A stretch of DNA of 64,000 bases from Leucoraja ocellata. Its lineage: Eukaryota. Positions 50,763 to 63,495 of this stretch are shown in pieces (within the stretch, counting starts at the first letter, position 1; each line of letters opens with the position of its first letter). Made by a program: the position numbers and the translations under genes. Location of the stretch: assembly GCA_036785375.1 (NCBI GenBank), contig JAWMAR010000013.1, positions 9,424,001 through 9,488,000 on the forward strand, in the 5' to 3' direction. The notes beneath the pieces are model-generated. The model did no database searches. It was not told the DNA's origin and was given only the letters and a program-made list of their open reading frames with translations.

Positions 50763-51807
50763 TATTTCAGAATAACCCAGATCTTATAACTGTAAAAAAA
50801 AAGTCATCGACATGCAAGTGTAAATCTATTTTATGTGTGGCACATGAACATTTTCACTATTGCATATAGTCCAGATTTCTGAAATAAGATATTTCAATGG
50901 GAATGCCACTACTAAGTATGCCATGCCAACAAGGTGCCTTTGCACGTTACAACAAATCAAACTGCAGCTATTTGTGCAAGCAAGCATCTTTGAATGCACA
51001 GCAAGTTTGTGTACAATGTATTACACAAGGAAATATACCATTGTTTTTCAACTACTTGTTCTTGTTTTGGTGGGGTGACTCTCATTGAACCACTAGTGGA
51101 AATCTTGGCCTAGGAATAAGATTGTGCAGTGATTTTTGTTTTGACGTGATGTGCATGAAAATCCGTTTTCCCTGGAGTGATCAAGGTAGGTGTGCTTTCC
51201 TTGTTGAATCACACCTCATTGGAAATTTGACTGCTGTCGCAAATCACTCGTGCGTGGATCAGCAGCTTTCTGTGTCATGCTCGCATGTAGCAATGTTGTT
51301 CCCCATGTAACACCTGTTTAATGCATTGTCAGGAGAAATTAGTTCACATGATTCAGAGCATCCTCTTTGGCCAGGCTCAGCTTGGCCAATTTGGAACAGT
51401 GTTGCTTATGCTGCAATGGCCGGGTTGATCCCCTTCAATTTAATTATTTACCCATCTTCCTCAGTCTCCCTTCCTCCCCCACAGTAATGACCACAACCTT
51501 TGACATCCCTTTGTGTTCTTTAACTATCAACCATTGTTTGTTTAGTGTCATACCTTTTAATGTAGTTCTATGGTCTACCATGGCCAATCAACACCATATA
51601 CATTTGTAGTTTGCTTTGTTTAGAGTTGAGACCATGGCTTCGGGTTGAACAAAATAAAATTCTATCATATTATGATCACTTTTCCCTAAAGGCACCATAT
51701 TAATCATTAACCCTTTCACATTGCATCTAAATGGGCCTATTTCTTCACTGCTTCCTTAGCGTACTGATCTAGAAAATCATCGTATACGTTCATTTGAGTT
51801 CTTCTTC

Positions 51808-51965
51808 ACGTGGATGTGGCCCAGTCCATCGCACAAACTAGGCCTTCCTTCTTTTCTTCCTCCATCCCCAACCACCCCCCCATTAACACTTTTGCTGTCT
51901 CAGGAGAACAGCCAACATAATCAAGGAACATTTTCACCCCGGTCATTCCCCTTCTCCCCACTCCT
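51808..51965 (+). mobile_element. Rex1 fragment
   Basis: VDVAQSI...TANIIKE..HPGHS; homologous to 7090-7200. Confidence 0.65.
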
Positions 51966-52799
51966 GATTATCCATTTTGATGGACCAACTGAGATCATGT
52001 AATAATAATTCAACAATACACCTCTGGCCCACAAATTATACTAAAGCACCATGGACTGCTAGAAACGTATAATAATAAAAACAATTAACTATTTCGGGAT
52101 GGAGGCACAAGATCTAAAAGAGCGCGCGTCGCACGCATTGTCCTCTGTGGGTGCCCAGTGAACTAGTCTGGCCATCACGGGAATTTCAAGTTTGCTCTCC
52201 TAATTTTGTTGGGTTTGTGCTGGACCATCATTTGCCAGAATCGATGGTGTATCCGCACTCCAATATTTGTATACTTTTTGAATGGACTCTCCTTTCTTGA
52301 CAGTCTGGTTATCATCTCTCATTTTGTTCCCACTCTTTAGCTTTCTCAATACATGTGCAACAAATGTTTCTGCAATTCCACCCCAGCCATTTTAGTTTAA
52401 AGCGTTACGAAAAATCCAGTATCCACAATCGCCTGTATTTGCCTCATTTCTGAATAGACGGTTTTTGCTGGTATTCACACGTTTGCATATAAAACACCGA
52501 AGCTAACGTAAGCTATTGTTGTATAGCTTTAAAGAAACAGCATGAATGTTGTTCGTAAAAAAACCCAAATTGATTCAGACCATGACGAGCAATGGGATGG
52601 CCTATGAATGTTACATTCGGTATAATCAATATTCAGAATTACTAACTCATCAGTCGTTCCTCATTGGTTTTAGATTTGTATTTGTGCTTGTACAAAGCTC
52701 TGTATGTCTAGAATTCATTCCTTCATGAATTATTATTTGGTGCAGCCAAGGGAAAGTATGTGGTGATAGAGGAAAGTACAATTAATATTTATAAAGCAT

Positions 52800-52912
52800 T
52801 GGGAGAGGGAAGGAACACATTGGAGGGATCTGGGCCAAATGTGAGATTGGATAAGCTTCTTGGCTGGTGTGGATGAGTTTGCTGAAGGGCTTGTGTCCCG
52901 TGCTGTATAGAA
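52800..52912 (+). mobile_element. CR1/HER1 3' tail
   Basis: 'ggagggatctgggccaaatg...gctgaagggcttgtgtcccgtgctgta'. Confidence 0.7.
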
Positions 52913-55900
52913 TGTAACAACCTATTTCCATGCATACAGAAAATGCAGGAATCACCCAGTGGATCAGGAGGAAATGATAACAAAGAATTGTTTGTGATGG
53001 AGATTCTGATTTACAGCTATCTTTTCTATAATTTTTTTCTTAATTCATGTGAGATGCTCTGTGCTTCTTAAAGACGGGTATATTGATTACAAACTAGGTC
53101 AAATGTGGCAATGCATCTTTCACAATGAAAATTGAGCACGACAATTGGAGGAATATTGGTTTCAGATCATCTGGTGAATCTTGTGTTAGGTATATTGGCT
53201 CCTACTGTCTGCAGTAATTTGGGACGGAATGTGCTTCTTATGTCAGTCTGGTACATGTTCGTTCCCCCAAAAATGTACAATCTGCTCTGGCTGTCAGATA
53301 ATTCATGCCGTGTAAGAGATAAATATGTATTAGGTTGACAGCAAGCACCAACTTCTGGGGCTTTACTTAGATGTGCTGTACTGTTATATATGAATGGATT
53401 GTCATAATAAGATTAGGGAGGTGAACAGACAGCGACAGTGTTTGCAATTAAAAAAAATGATGAATGCAAAAAGCGATAAATTATAGGTTTATTTCAATAT
53501 TGTTATGATGTGAAATTCTGAAGATTGAATGTTTTGTTGATTTCCTTGTGTTTTTGGAAAACACGGGAATATTCTGCATGCGGAAATCTATTAATGTACA
53601 GCATATTGGACAAGCTCCAAAGGAAGTAATGTAATTCTGTTTATAATTTTAGATTTGGATGATGTGTTCATTTTCATTTTGTTTCAACTAATTACTGCAT
53701 TTTAAAACAAAAGGCAAGGAAAATCCCAGCCCCCACCCCCCCACCCCACCCCCCCAAATCTCTGTGGATCTCAGCTGACCTTTGATTAATCAGGCACGAG
53801 TTTCTGGAGTGTTTGATTATCTAATGGCATACCCATTTAGGTATGTTTGTCATCACTGGTCCATTCAATATGCAGCAGGAAGCAAACAACTTCCTTTAAG
53901 CAAAGTAAGCTTCCAGGGTTAAAGTAAATGCACATCTTTGTACAAGAATAAATAAAAAGAGCAAGCTGAGTCAATAAGCTGGTTCGGGTTGTGCCTACAG
54001 CCATAGAGGACAGCTCATTTTGTAGATGTGGGTGTTTTGTTTACATTTATAATGCAGCTTTATTTAATGCTGACAGATATAGCTTGTGGCAAATGTTAGT
54101 CAGAACATATGAGCAGTCATAATGCTTCTGTCATCTTATAGTGTGCTTTAGAAAATAAGCAGTTCACATCAGTTTCATTGAGGAAAAGATACAAGACAGC
54201 ATCAGGTCTACAGAGCCATTTATTGGGCTCTCTTACAAGTTGTGATTATGACATTTTACAGCATCAGTAGAATTAGTCTTTGCTTGTGTTTTTATGCATT
54301 CGTAGGGATAGCCAGGAAGTTTATATGAGGAGAATAAAAGAGGGCGAGCAAATCAAAGTCGCGTTTAAAACATGCCTGAACAAATTGTGATTAAAATTAA
54401 AGGGAATGGAGAGGATCAAAGCTTACACCTCAATACATAATGTTACTGATTCTGAAATATTTAAAATTGAACCAACTAATCTGCTTACAAAATTTATGCT
54501 CATATTTTTCATTATTTTTTCTGTTTGTGTAATATTTCAGCCCATTATCTCAAACTTGCCCACAAAGCAGTTATCTTTTCTTCAAATTACGTATCATTGT
54601 AAGATGCAGCCTTGGAGCCATTGAATTTATTAGCCTGCTGCCTAATTAACTTTTCCTGGTTTGATTACTGGCAGGGTATTGAATATGAACCTGATGCTGT
54701 TGTGTCACTATTCAAACACTGACTGGAGTAGAGGAGGGCTTCATTTAGCTGTCGGATGCTCTGAATTACATAGAGAAGTCATGTAATAAGGTTTCACTCT
54801 CTGCACTCGGGCAAGTGTTGGTGGCATTTATGTTCAATTGAAATTAAGTACTGACTCCCAATTAATTTATAGATTTATTAAAAAGTTAATATGCAAAATT
54901 GCAGGATAGTCAATGTTTAAAAAAAAAAAATCCTAGAGCTTTAGTATTCTATTCTGCACGCAGACCCACTTTTCATTGGATTGAACATGACCTTGATAAG
55001 ATGTGCCAGAGGTGATCAAGGTAGAGAGAGCAATGATAATAGAGTGGGAGCTTGAAGATTGACCTCTTCTTGGAGTCTCAATGAATCCAACTTAATGGTA
55101 ATCTTTAAGTTAAAGAGCAATAAAAATTGGATTACTTTATCAGTCCCTTTGGCCAACTGGATGACTGGCCTATTTTCAAATAAAACACAATGGGTTTTGA
55201 CGCAGTCTCGCCCTAAGATTCCTTCTCTGAATTCTCTTGATGTTTTTATTGAATGCTCTGGCTACATTCATGCGGAGTTTGTCCATATGCAATTGCATTG
55301 ACTCGCAGTGCAGATGGCAGCAACTCTCAAGTAAACTTTACTGGATGTGTTCAGGATCTCCAATAAGAAAGACAGATTTTTTTTAAACCAACGCTCATCA
55401 GCTGATATCACAATGCCCTTGCATTAGGGTGCTGTATAGATCAACACATAATTGTTCCAAAAAGATAATTTCAACTTACTAACAGCCCAACTAAAGATTT
55501 TTCAATATTATACTTTCTTTAGATATAACATGTTTTATTGTTAGCTAGAAGTGAATTGCAATACATTTTGTACATTTAATTGTGGAAACAATATCGACCT
55601 ATCTTGAAATTATTTCAGTCAGCTTGTTCAAAATTCAAGATTTTGTTACTGTTCTTCTTTTCGGATTTATTTTTTATTTTTTATGCTGAGGTGTGTAAAC
55701 TGTGTACAATTTTTTATTGTTGCTGCTGCTGGTTATGGTAAAAGGGGGGCATTTGTTCCCATCTTTACCTTTCTTTGACAGAGATACAGGTACTAAAACT
55801 GGATAAAGGCAGACTTAAATAATTGCAGATTGTCTGTTAATTTTGCTTATGTGCCCCCGCCCAGAAAATTATCTTCTTCAGTCGAGAATTCTCATTTAGA

Positions 55901-56033
55901 GTTCTATTCTGAATGAGAAAATAGAAATTATGCTTAGAATAGATTTTTCTAACTAGATATCATGTTATTGGGTACAATGGTTTTGTTAGTTCATCCTTTA
56001 CTTAGTCCATCAGGTTAATTATTTCTCAAATAG

Positions 56034-56773
56034 TCTGTATTTCATCTTTTTTTACTTTTAGACTGTCTAAAAGTTTTGTTTTGGAGGTAATTTAGTACTT
56101 TTTATGTGTGAGGTGGGGGGGGGGGGGGGCGGTAGGGGGAAACTGTTTTTCTCAGTCACTACCTGGTCGAGGATGCGTCTTTCCTCCGAGCCGCATCTTC
56201 GCGCCCTCCTCGTGAACTACCATCTGGATTGACGCAGCCTTTCCTGCCGGAGACCGGCCAGAGCTTCAGCAGCAGCGCAGCACTGAAGTGCCATCACGGA
56301 GCGGGTGATGTCTTACCGGGGTCGCCGTGTTGGAGCTCAGGAGTGTTAGGACTGCCGACGTCAACATCGCGGAGCCTGGGATCTTTCGCCAAGGATCGCC
56401 TGTGTTGGAGCTCCGCCCAGCTCGACCTGTGGACTTCGGGAGCCGCGGTCTCCGGTAGGAAGCGGCCGATTCGGAACTCCAGGCCACTGAGAGTGTTCTT
56501 CCAACGCCGGAGTTCCATCATCCCGGCGATAGGGCCTGAAACACCGTTGCGGCGATTGCGGAGGCCTCAATAGGCCCCGACAATGGGTGAACAAGAGGAA
56601 GAGGACTGAACTTTGTTGCCTTCTCTCTCAGTGGGAAACATTGATTCCGCTGTGGGGGGATGTTTTTATGTTAAATTCTATAGTGTTGTGTTTATCTTAT
56701 TTGTGTGCAGCATGGTAACTCAAATTTCACTGCACCAATTGGTGTATGTGACAATAAATGTCCTTTGTCCTTT
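56034..56773 (+). mobile_element. Second copy of the CpG-rich Rex1-tailed retroposon
   Basis: Collinear with the reverse complement of 13728-14530 (tttggagg, G-run, tacctggtc, ctcaataggcc, gtggggggatgtt, atttcact). Ends gtgacaataaa plus (tgtcctt)n. Confidence 0.7.
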
Positions 56774-56816
56774 AGAGATTGATTACCTTTGACAGCTCGG
56801 TCCATGTATGCACCAT

Positions 56817-58005
56817 CCTGGGTAGGGGATTCTAAAACTAGATTTAAGATTAGATTGGAAAGATTTAAAGGCGATCTGAGGAGCAATCTTTACACAGACA
56901 GTGTTGGGTATATAGAAAGAGCTGCCAGAGAGTGGGACAGGTGGGCACAATTACAACATTTAAAAGATATTTGGGAAGTGACATTCTTGTGTTTAAGAAT
57001 TTCTCTTTGGGTTCTTTTTAAATTTCTCCCTTCTCATCTTAAACCTATGCTCTCTAGTTTTGAACACTCCTATCCTGGGGAAAAGACTATGGCTATTCAC
57101 CATCTCCATGCCCCTTTATACAGCTTTATCAGTTAACCTAACATCCTCTTTTGCTCCAGGGGAAAATACCTAGTCTATTCAGCCCCCTGTGATAGGTCAG
57201 ACCCTCCAGACCTGGTAACATCCATGAACATCTTGTTTGCACTCTTTCCAGTTTAATGACATCCATCCTAGAGCAGGGTAGCTAGAACTGCACACTGTAT
57301 GTCAAATGTGCTCTTCCCAACGTTTTGTGCAGCCATAACAGGATGTCTGACCTCCTGTACTCACAGCCCTGGCTGATGAGTGATTTCCTTTATTATCAGT
57401 GTACCATGGTTGCATTAAAGTATATTGTAGCCACTCGCCAAGCTTTCTCTAACAGCTTTTTCTGGATGAGCACATCATGACCCCCCCGGTTTCACATAAT
57501 TATAAGTTTGGACATGCATCTTCATCACTGATTGCTTTGTAAATGAACAGCATCATAGCAATTCTTTCATCCCTACAGATTGCAGCAATTGATGTGCTTT
57601 CTTTTGAAGCCACAGTGGCTCCTTCATAGGCATGTTCTTTAGAGAATTAAATTGGATCAAACTTGGTGTGTGAACGGTGTTTGAAACCCTTTTGTCCAAT
57701 TTGTGCATGCCAACCATGTTGATTGAGTTAGTCCCATGTGCCTCCATTTCCCTATAATTTCCTAAGCTGCTTCTATCCATGTTACTTCCCAAATATCTTT
57801 TAAATGTTGTAATTGTGCCCACCTCTCCCACTACCTCTGGCAGCTCTTTCTATATACCCACCACTTTCTGTGCATAGATTGCTCCTCAGATCTCCTTTAA
57901 ATCTTTCCAATCTAATCTTAAATTTAGTTTTAGAATGCCCTACACAGGGGAAAAGACTCTTCACCTTTTCGGTGCCCCCACATGATTTTATATACCTCCA
58001 CGGAC
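56817..58005. mobile_element. Cluster of CR1 3' fragments: 56817-56984 (+), 56985-57385 (-), 57690-58005 (-)
   Basis: FKIRLERFKGDLRSN motif on opposite strands, with HER1-like phrases. Confidence 0.85.
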
Positions 58006-58144
58006 TGGGTGGGGCAATAGCATGAGATATCCATCAGAGTGACCAGTGCTATTCCACTGCGCTCAATGAGTAATGACCTGTAATATGTTAACACCTTGAA
58101 TTGGTTAACACAATGGATGATAATGTTGGCAGGACTATTCGTAA

Positions 58145-58159
58145 GGTTAATCATTAACC
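58145..58159. promoter_or_regulatory. Perfect HNF1 consensus palindrome
   Basis: GGTTAATCATTAACC matches GGTTAATnATTAACC in non-repetitive sequence. Function is unproven. Confidence 0.4.
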
Positions 58160-59364
58160 ACAGATTTCTACTCAAATCACACATTAATTTAAATGAAATG
58201 GTCGCTCAGAAGATGGAATAAAGTGTTAGTACCATTGGAATTATTAGAAAGGATATACAGGGGTGAAGATTATTAATTAAACCTTGAGTGATCAAACCAG
58301 GGTATGTATGAATGAATGGGACAACAGCCATGAAAGGGAGATACATGTAAAAATATTTAACCTTTTAAAAAATGACCATGTGAAGTTATTTATTAAAGAA
58401 GTATTTGCAATTCAGTGTTAGGCCATGTATTTTGATGTCCTCTTTGTGGAAACTATCCATGAATCTATACTGGGCAAGATAAGTCAACCTGGGTATTTCA
58501 AATGCCCATCACACTGCCACCCTTGGATGTAGCTGGTATTGCAGGCTTGCCTGTGCTCGTGACATTCCCTTATGTTTTCCAGTACATCACCCACCAAATA
58601 ATGCAGGCGGTACCCTGAAAGCCACATGATTTTCCTTTGGGGACGGAAACAGAATACCACTCCCTTAATGTATTTTTGATATGAATATAGTAATTCGCTG
58701 TGAGAATAAAACATTGAGATTTTATCATTATTGTTGAAAATGTTTCAAATTATCTTACCCCCAAACTCTCGTTGAATTGAAGCATGCCGCTGTAGAAAAG
58801 TGCTTTACATGTTGTTGGGGCATTAGGATGAATGCTTTACAGATTTTATTTTCAGGAAAATATTGTACTGATTTAGGCAAATGACTAGAATCACATAATT
58901 GCGCTCAGTTGCCAGTGCTCTGTGAGGAATATGACATTTATTTTTGGCTGATGTATAGTTAATTAGTGTGGGAAAACATGGATGCATGCCCAGACATTAT
59001 ATTACACAGATGTTCAGATTGAAGTTTGGGTTAGCCGTGCACAAAATATTGTAATATATTAAAATTGCACAATAGTTTATGGCTGCAAAAACAGAAGTTT
59101 TTATGTTGGGTTGATTAGATGGTACATATCTTTCAGTTCCTAACCTCCGGGACTCCTAGAGCAGCATTACGCCTGCTGTTCTTGCTAGATTTTTCTAAAA
59201 TTCTATGAAATTAAATAAGCTGCTCAAGACAACTTTTCACTTTAGTTTCTTCTTCAGTCAGAACACCTTGTGTCGCTAAATGAACCCACCTTCTCACAAC
59301 CTTTATTGAGCCTCGTAAACTCTAATCTAAATTGTCGTATCATTGAAAGCAATCATGATTTTAT

Positions 59365-59487
59365 GTTTAGGAGAGAACTGCAAATGCTGGTTTAAATTGA
59401 AGGTAGACACAAAGTGCTGGAGTAACTCAGCGGCACAGGCAGCATCTCTGGAGAGAAGGAATGGGTGACGATTCGGGTCGAGACCCT
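59365..59487 (-). mobile_element. Penelope pLTR copy, truncated within the hammerhead motif
   Basis: Minus strand begins agggtctcgacccgaatcgtcacccattcc. Confidence 0.85.
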
Positions 59488-62400
59488 GTTGCTCTCTTAT
59501 CTCTGCCCATAATCATCTTGACTGAGTTAATATATTATTTTCCACCCCTGATCCCACCAATTCTTGGTTATACAGTTGCAGGAACCATGCACACTAATTC
59601 TAGCACATTCCCGTTACCAAAAGGCCATCGTCAGCAAATGGTGCACATTCAGAGAAAGTTCCCAAAGTGCTGATTTAATGCACAAGGCTCAAAGGAATGG
59701 GTATTAGATCAAAAGCTGCAATATTTGCAGTGCACCACAGATGAGCTCAAATGCTCTCTCTGCTTTTCAGTACATGCTTGCCAATTCCACCTTATTGCTT
59801 TGACATCCATAATTCTTGGATGGAATCAAACATGGCTCAAGAAGTTACTTCTCCTGACCAATGTGATTAACTTAAAGCTCCTGTTCTGGACATTTTTTTT
59901 GTGACATAAGTGCCTATTGTGCTCTCAAGATATGTTAAATGTCTTCTTTGCAATTTAGTTGGAGCTTTAGGTGGGAGTATGAAATAATTTAGATGATGTA
60001 AGGTTTTGTCAATATCATTAATCACAATGTTTAAAACTATTCTGGTGAGCAATATCATGAAGGTTGGTTTAATCTTTGATTTTATAATACTAGTGATCCG
60101 ACCTACTGTAACGTTAAATAGATTCTGGTGAAAAGTTTGGAAGTTCAACAACAAGTGATTAATTTTGCAATTAAACTTTACAACTTTGCAATTGAGTTAA
60201 TGTTTTACTCCAGAAGCACCATAATTTTAAACCTTGTTAGGGAAAATGATATATAATGCTTCATGCTGAACAATTCCTTGTTCAAGGAATTGTTACTATG
60301 TGCAGTACCTCTTCAGCTGTTAGTTCACCTGATGTCAAACAGCATAGCAGGTTCCAACATGTGTTGACTTGCCCTGAAAATAATCGAAATAAAAATTCCC
60401 CCTATTTTACTTCCTGCTCAGTTCAGGTACAGTTTGATGGATACTGTAATTATTCTAAAGAATTTTCCAATGTTCCAACGATCACGGAATTGACTGTAAG
60501 TGTAATTTTTTCAGTAATTTCATAAATTAATGAGCATCATACTATTTTTGGACTCGGGGGAATGAAGCTGTTTTAGGAAGTTGTGTTCCATAATACTTTT
60601 TCTTTGTTTACTATGTTTTATTTAAATGCTGGTAGAGTATTTTACATCAGAATGTGGTCGTGGAATATTATAACCCAGGGCTATATAATTTTATAAAACC
60701 ATATCTATTATTTACATTACATTAGACAGAAAAATATTTCCTGTAGCCTCGACTTCAAAGAAGAGTAAAGTTTAATGTACATTAGTGCTGTAGATAATCT
60801 ATTAAAATAATGGAACCTGAATGGTAAAAGAGCAGGTATTAATCCCCAATAGATACTTGTGTTCAAAAAGCTGAATGTAAATTTGAAAACGATATCATGA
60901 GTTCTTGAGGAACCATGTCATATAACTATCTACGAAGGGCTGTTGTGTTGGGAGGGGTGAGCTCTAATCAACAATGAGGAACTCTGCCAATTAAAATATA
61001 GCCTGATGTTCCCTGCACTCACCTCCAGTTATTGTCTTGATTCCCTTTTCCAGCTTGGAGCTTATAAGTTCTAATGCTTGAACCAAACGGAACGGAAAAC
61101 ACAGTGCTTGAACCAGCTGCCAAAGATTAATTGTACCAAAAAATCAAATTGATGTACATCTACTGGTGCACACGTAGTATACGATTAACTCTGGTCGTGG
61201 CCAGTACATGTGCAGCCATTTGTTGCTGCTTGACCTGTTTTCGCATTAGTCATCTGAATCCCTACATGTCTAATTAGGACACGAGAAAAGACTTGGCCCA
61301 CACACTATACCAAGGACTAGCCTGTGGGTATTTTTTAAGGGGCTTTCAGTAACACATTTGCATCTTTGCCTGGGGTCTGAATAAAGAATCACCTTAAGAA
61401 AATCCTAATAAACCATAATGAGATTGCATTGGTGTATAATGGTACTCTCCCATGCCACTATTTGTGATCACTGAAGCCTGCCAGTGGCCCGTAGACCACT
61501 GTTCACTGGCTGTGTGCCCATTTGGGCAAAAGGTCACACAAATAGGTGAGAGACCTTGTTTACCAATTATCACATTTCCCAGTGGGCTGTCATTTCGAAT
61601 GACACTTTCCAGAAATGTCAGCATTTCAGTTGGGCTGTGATTAATTTTGGTGTGCCTGATGTACAAGATGTTTGTTTCAGTTATCTTATCCCTCTGCTCG
61701 CTTTCACAACTGTCAGCCTCTTGTATTAGACATTCTCAAATTCAAGACTCATGGAAGAAGCTACTTATTCTGACAGGGTCCTTTGTAGACAGTGTTTTTT
61801 TGGTGGAGAGAGTATCTTTTCTTGCATACTGAAAATAATGGCATTTTATTATATTTTATTTTATATAGTTATTGAAGTTACCGGTTACTTCAAGTAACTA
61901 GTAGCTTGTGAGTAAAAAAATATGTTGGAGGAAGGTATTTGATTTTAAGTATTCTTTGATTTTAAGTATTGTGGCTGTATAGTTCATCCGGTTTGTTATT
62001 GCTTGACCTCTTGAAAGTTGTCGGCGGTGAGGGGCGGGAGAAGAAGGAAAAGGGCTTGCATAAAATTAATTAATAACTTAAGTCCTATTTACAACTGCAA
62101 ATTATTGTGAGTTCACTTCCTAATATTCTCATGTCGTCAAGTTGAATTTATTATCATATGCACAAGTATATTGAGGTCCAAGCACAATGAAAAATCACTG
62201 CTCAGCGTGTGAAGATTAAAAGTTAAGCAGTTTGTTGCAGTTCTTCATTAAAAATTGTATTGGTCTCAATTCTATTGAGGAATACGATCTCTTGGGGTTG
62301 AGGTGCTAGAGTTTTATAAAAATACTTTAAGGTATAATCAAGGACGCTGCATTTTTCTTGGCAGGCCCTCCATACATCTGAGGAACCCAGACCTATAGCG

Positions 62401-62985
62401 TACAACTAGGCAGAACATGTGTCTCAATTCTATGCATTTCTATCATGCTTGGAAATGTCACAGGCTGCTCATGAAGAAACCGTGTTTGCGAGGTTCATTT
62501 TATTATTAGTTACAGGGGACTTCCAGAGCAGATTCCAGGCCAGAGTCTGCAACAGGAGGCAGCTGCAAGTAAATCCCACTTAAAATTATGTTGCTCTAGG
62601 TGATTCTTCTCGGGCCACTCAAACTCCCTTGATTCAACCATTTCCACATGTTGCCCCTCCCCCCACCCCATTCTTCAAATTCATGTTGAACTCTTTCTGC
62701 CCCTTTGGTGAGCCCAAGCCTTTTTCACTGGATAACAAACATCCACCAGGAGTCTTTCCCCTATGTGTCCATTTCCCTCTCCTTCCACAAACAACGAGAA
62801 CTTTATTCACAACAGAATTTTGTGGCAGCAGGGGAACTGGTAGGAAGCATATCAAGTTCATGCATCTCTCCAGTGCCAAAGAAGTTCTCAGTTACCTTTG
62901 TAACAAAATATTAAATAATGTTTCAAAATTCCCATGATTCAGGTCGCGATCAAAAATCTGAAAGGTTCATTTTTAAGAAGAGCAT

Positions 62986-63495
62986 TAGTTTATTTCAGTT
63001 TAGTTTAGAGATACAGCACGGAAACGAGCCCTTTGCCCCGCCGACCAGCGATCCCCACACACTAATGCCCCTGTCCCACTTAGGAAACTTGAACGGAAAC
63101 CTTTGGAGACTTTGCGCCCCACCCGAGGTTTCCGTGCGGTTCCCGGAGGTTGCAGGTGGTTGCCGGAGATTGCAGGTAGTGGAAGCAGGTAGGGAGACTG
63201 ACCAAAAACCTCCGGGAACCGCACGGAAACCTTGGGTGGGGCGCAAAGTCTCCAGAGATTTCCGTTCAGGTTTCCTAAGTGGGTCAGGGGCATAACACTA
63301 TCCTACACCCGAGGGTCAATTTACAATTATACCAAGACAATTATCCTATTAACCTGTACGTCTTTGGAATATGGGAGGTCACTGGAGATCCCGGAGCAAA
63401 CCCACGCAGGTCACGGGGAAAATGTATAAACTCCGTGCAGACAGAACCCAGTTCTGGCGCTGTAAGGCAGCAACTCTACCCCTGCGCCACTGTGC
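62986..63495 (-). mobile_element. HE1-type SINE interrupted by a MITE
   Basis: Tail (tttag)n, V-domain at 63350-63445, head 'ggcgctgtaaggcagcaactctacc..tgcgccactgtgcc'. Confidence 0.9.
63066..63292. mobile_element. PIF/Harbinger-type MITE (227 bp)
   Basis: 86-bp inverted arms (63066-63151 and 63207-63292) beginning TGCCCCTGTCCCACTT. TSD TAA at 63063-63065 and 63293-63295. Confidence 0.88.
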
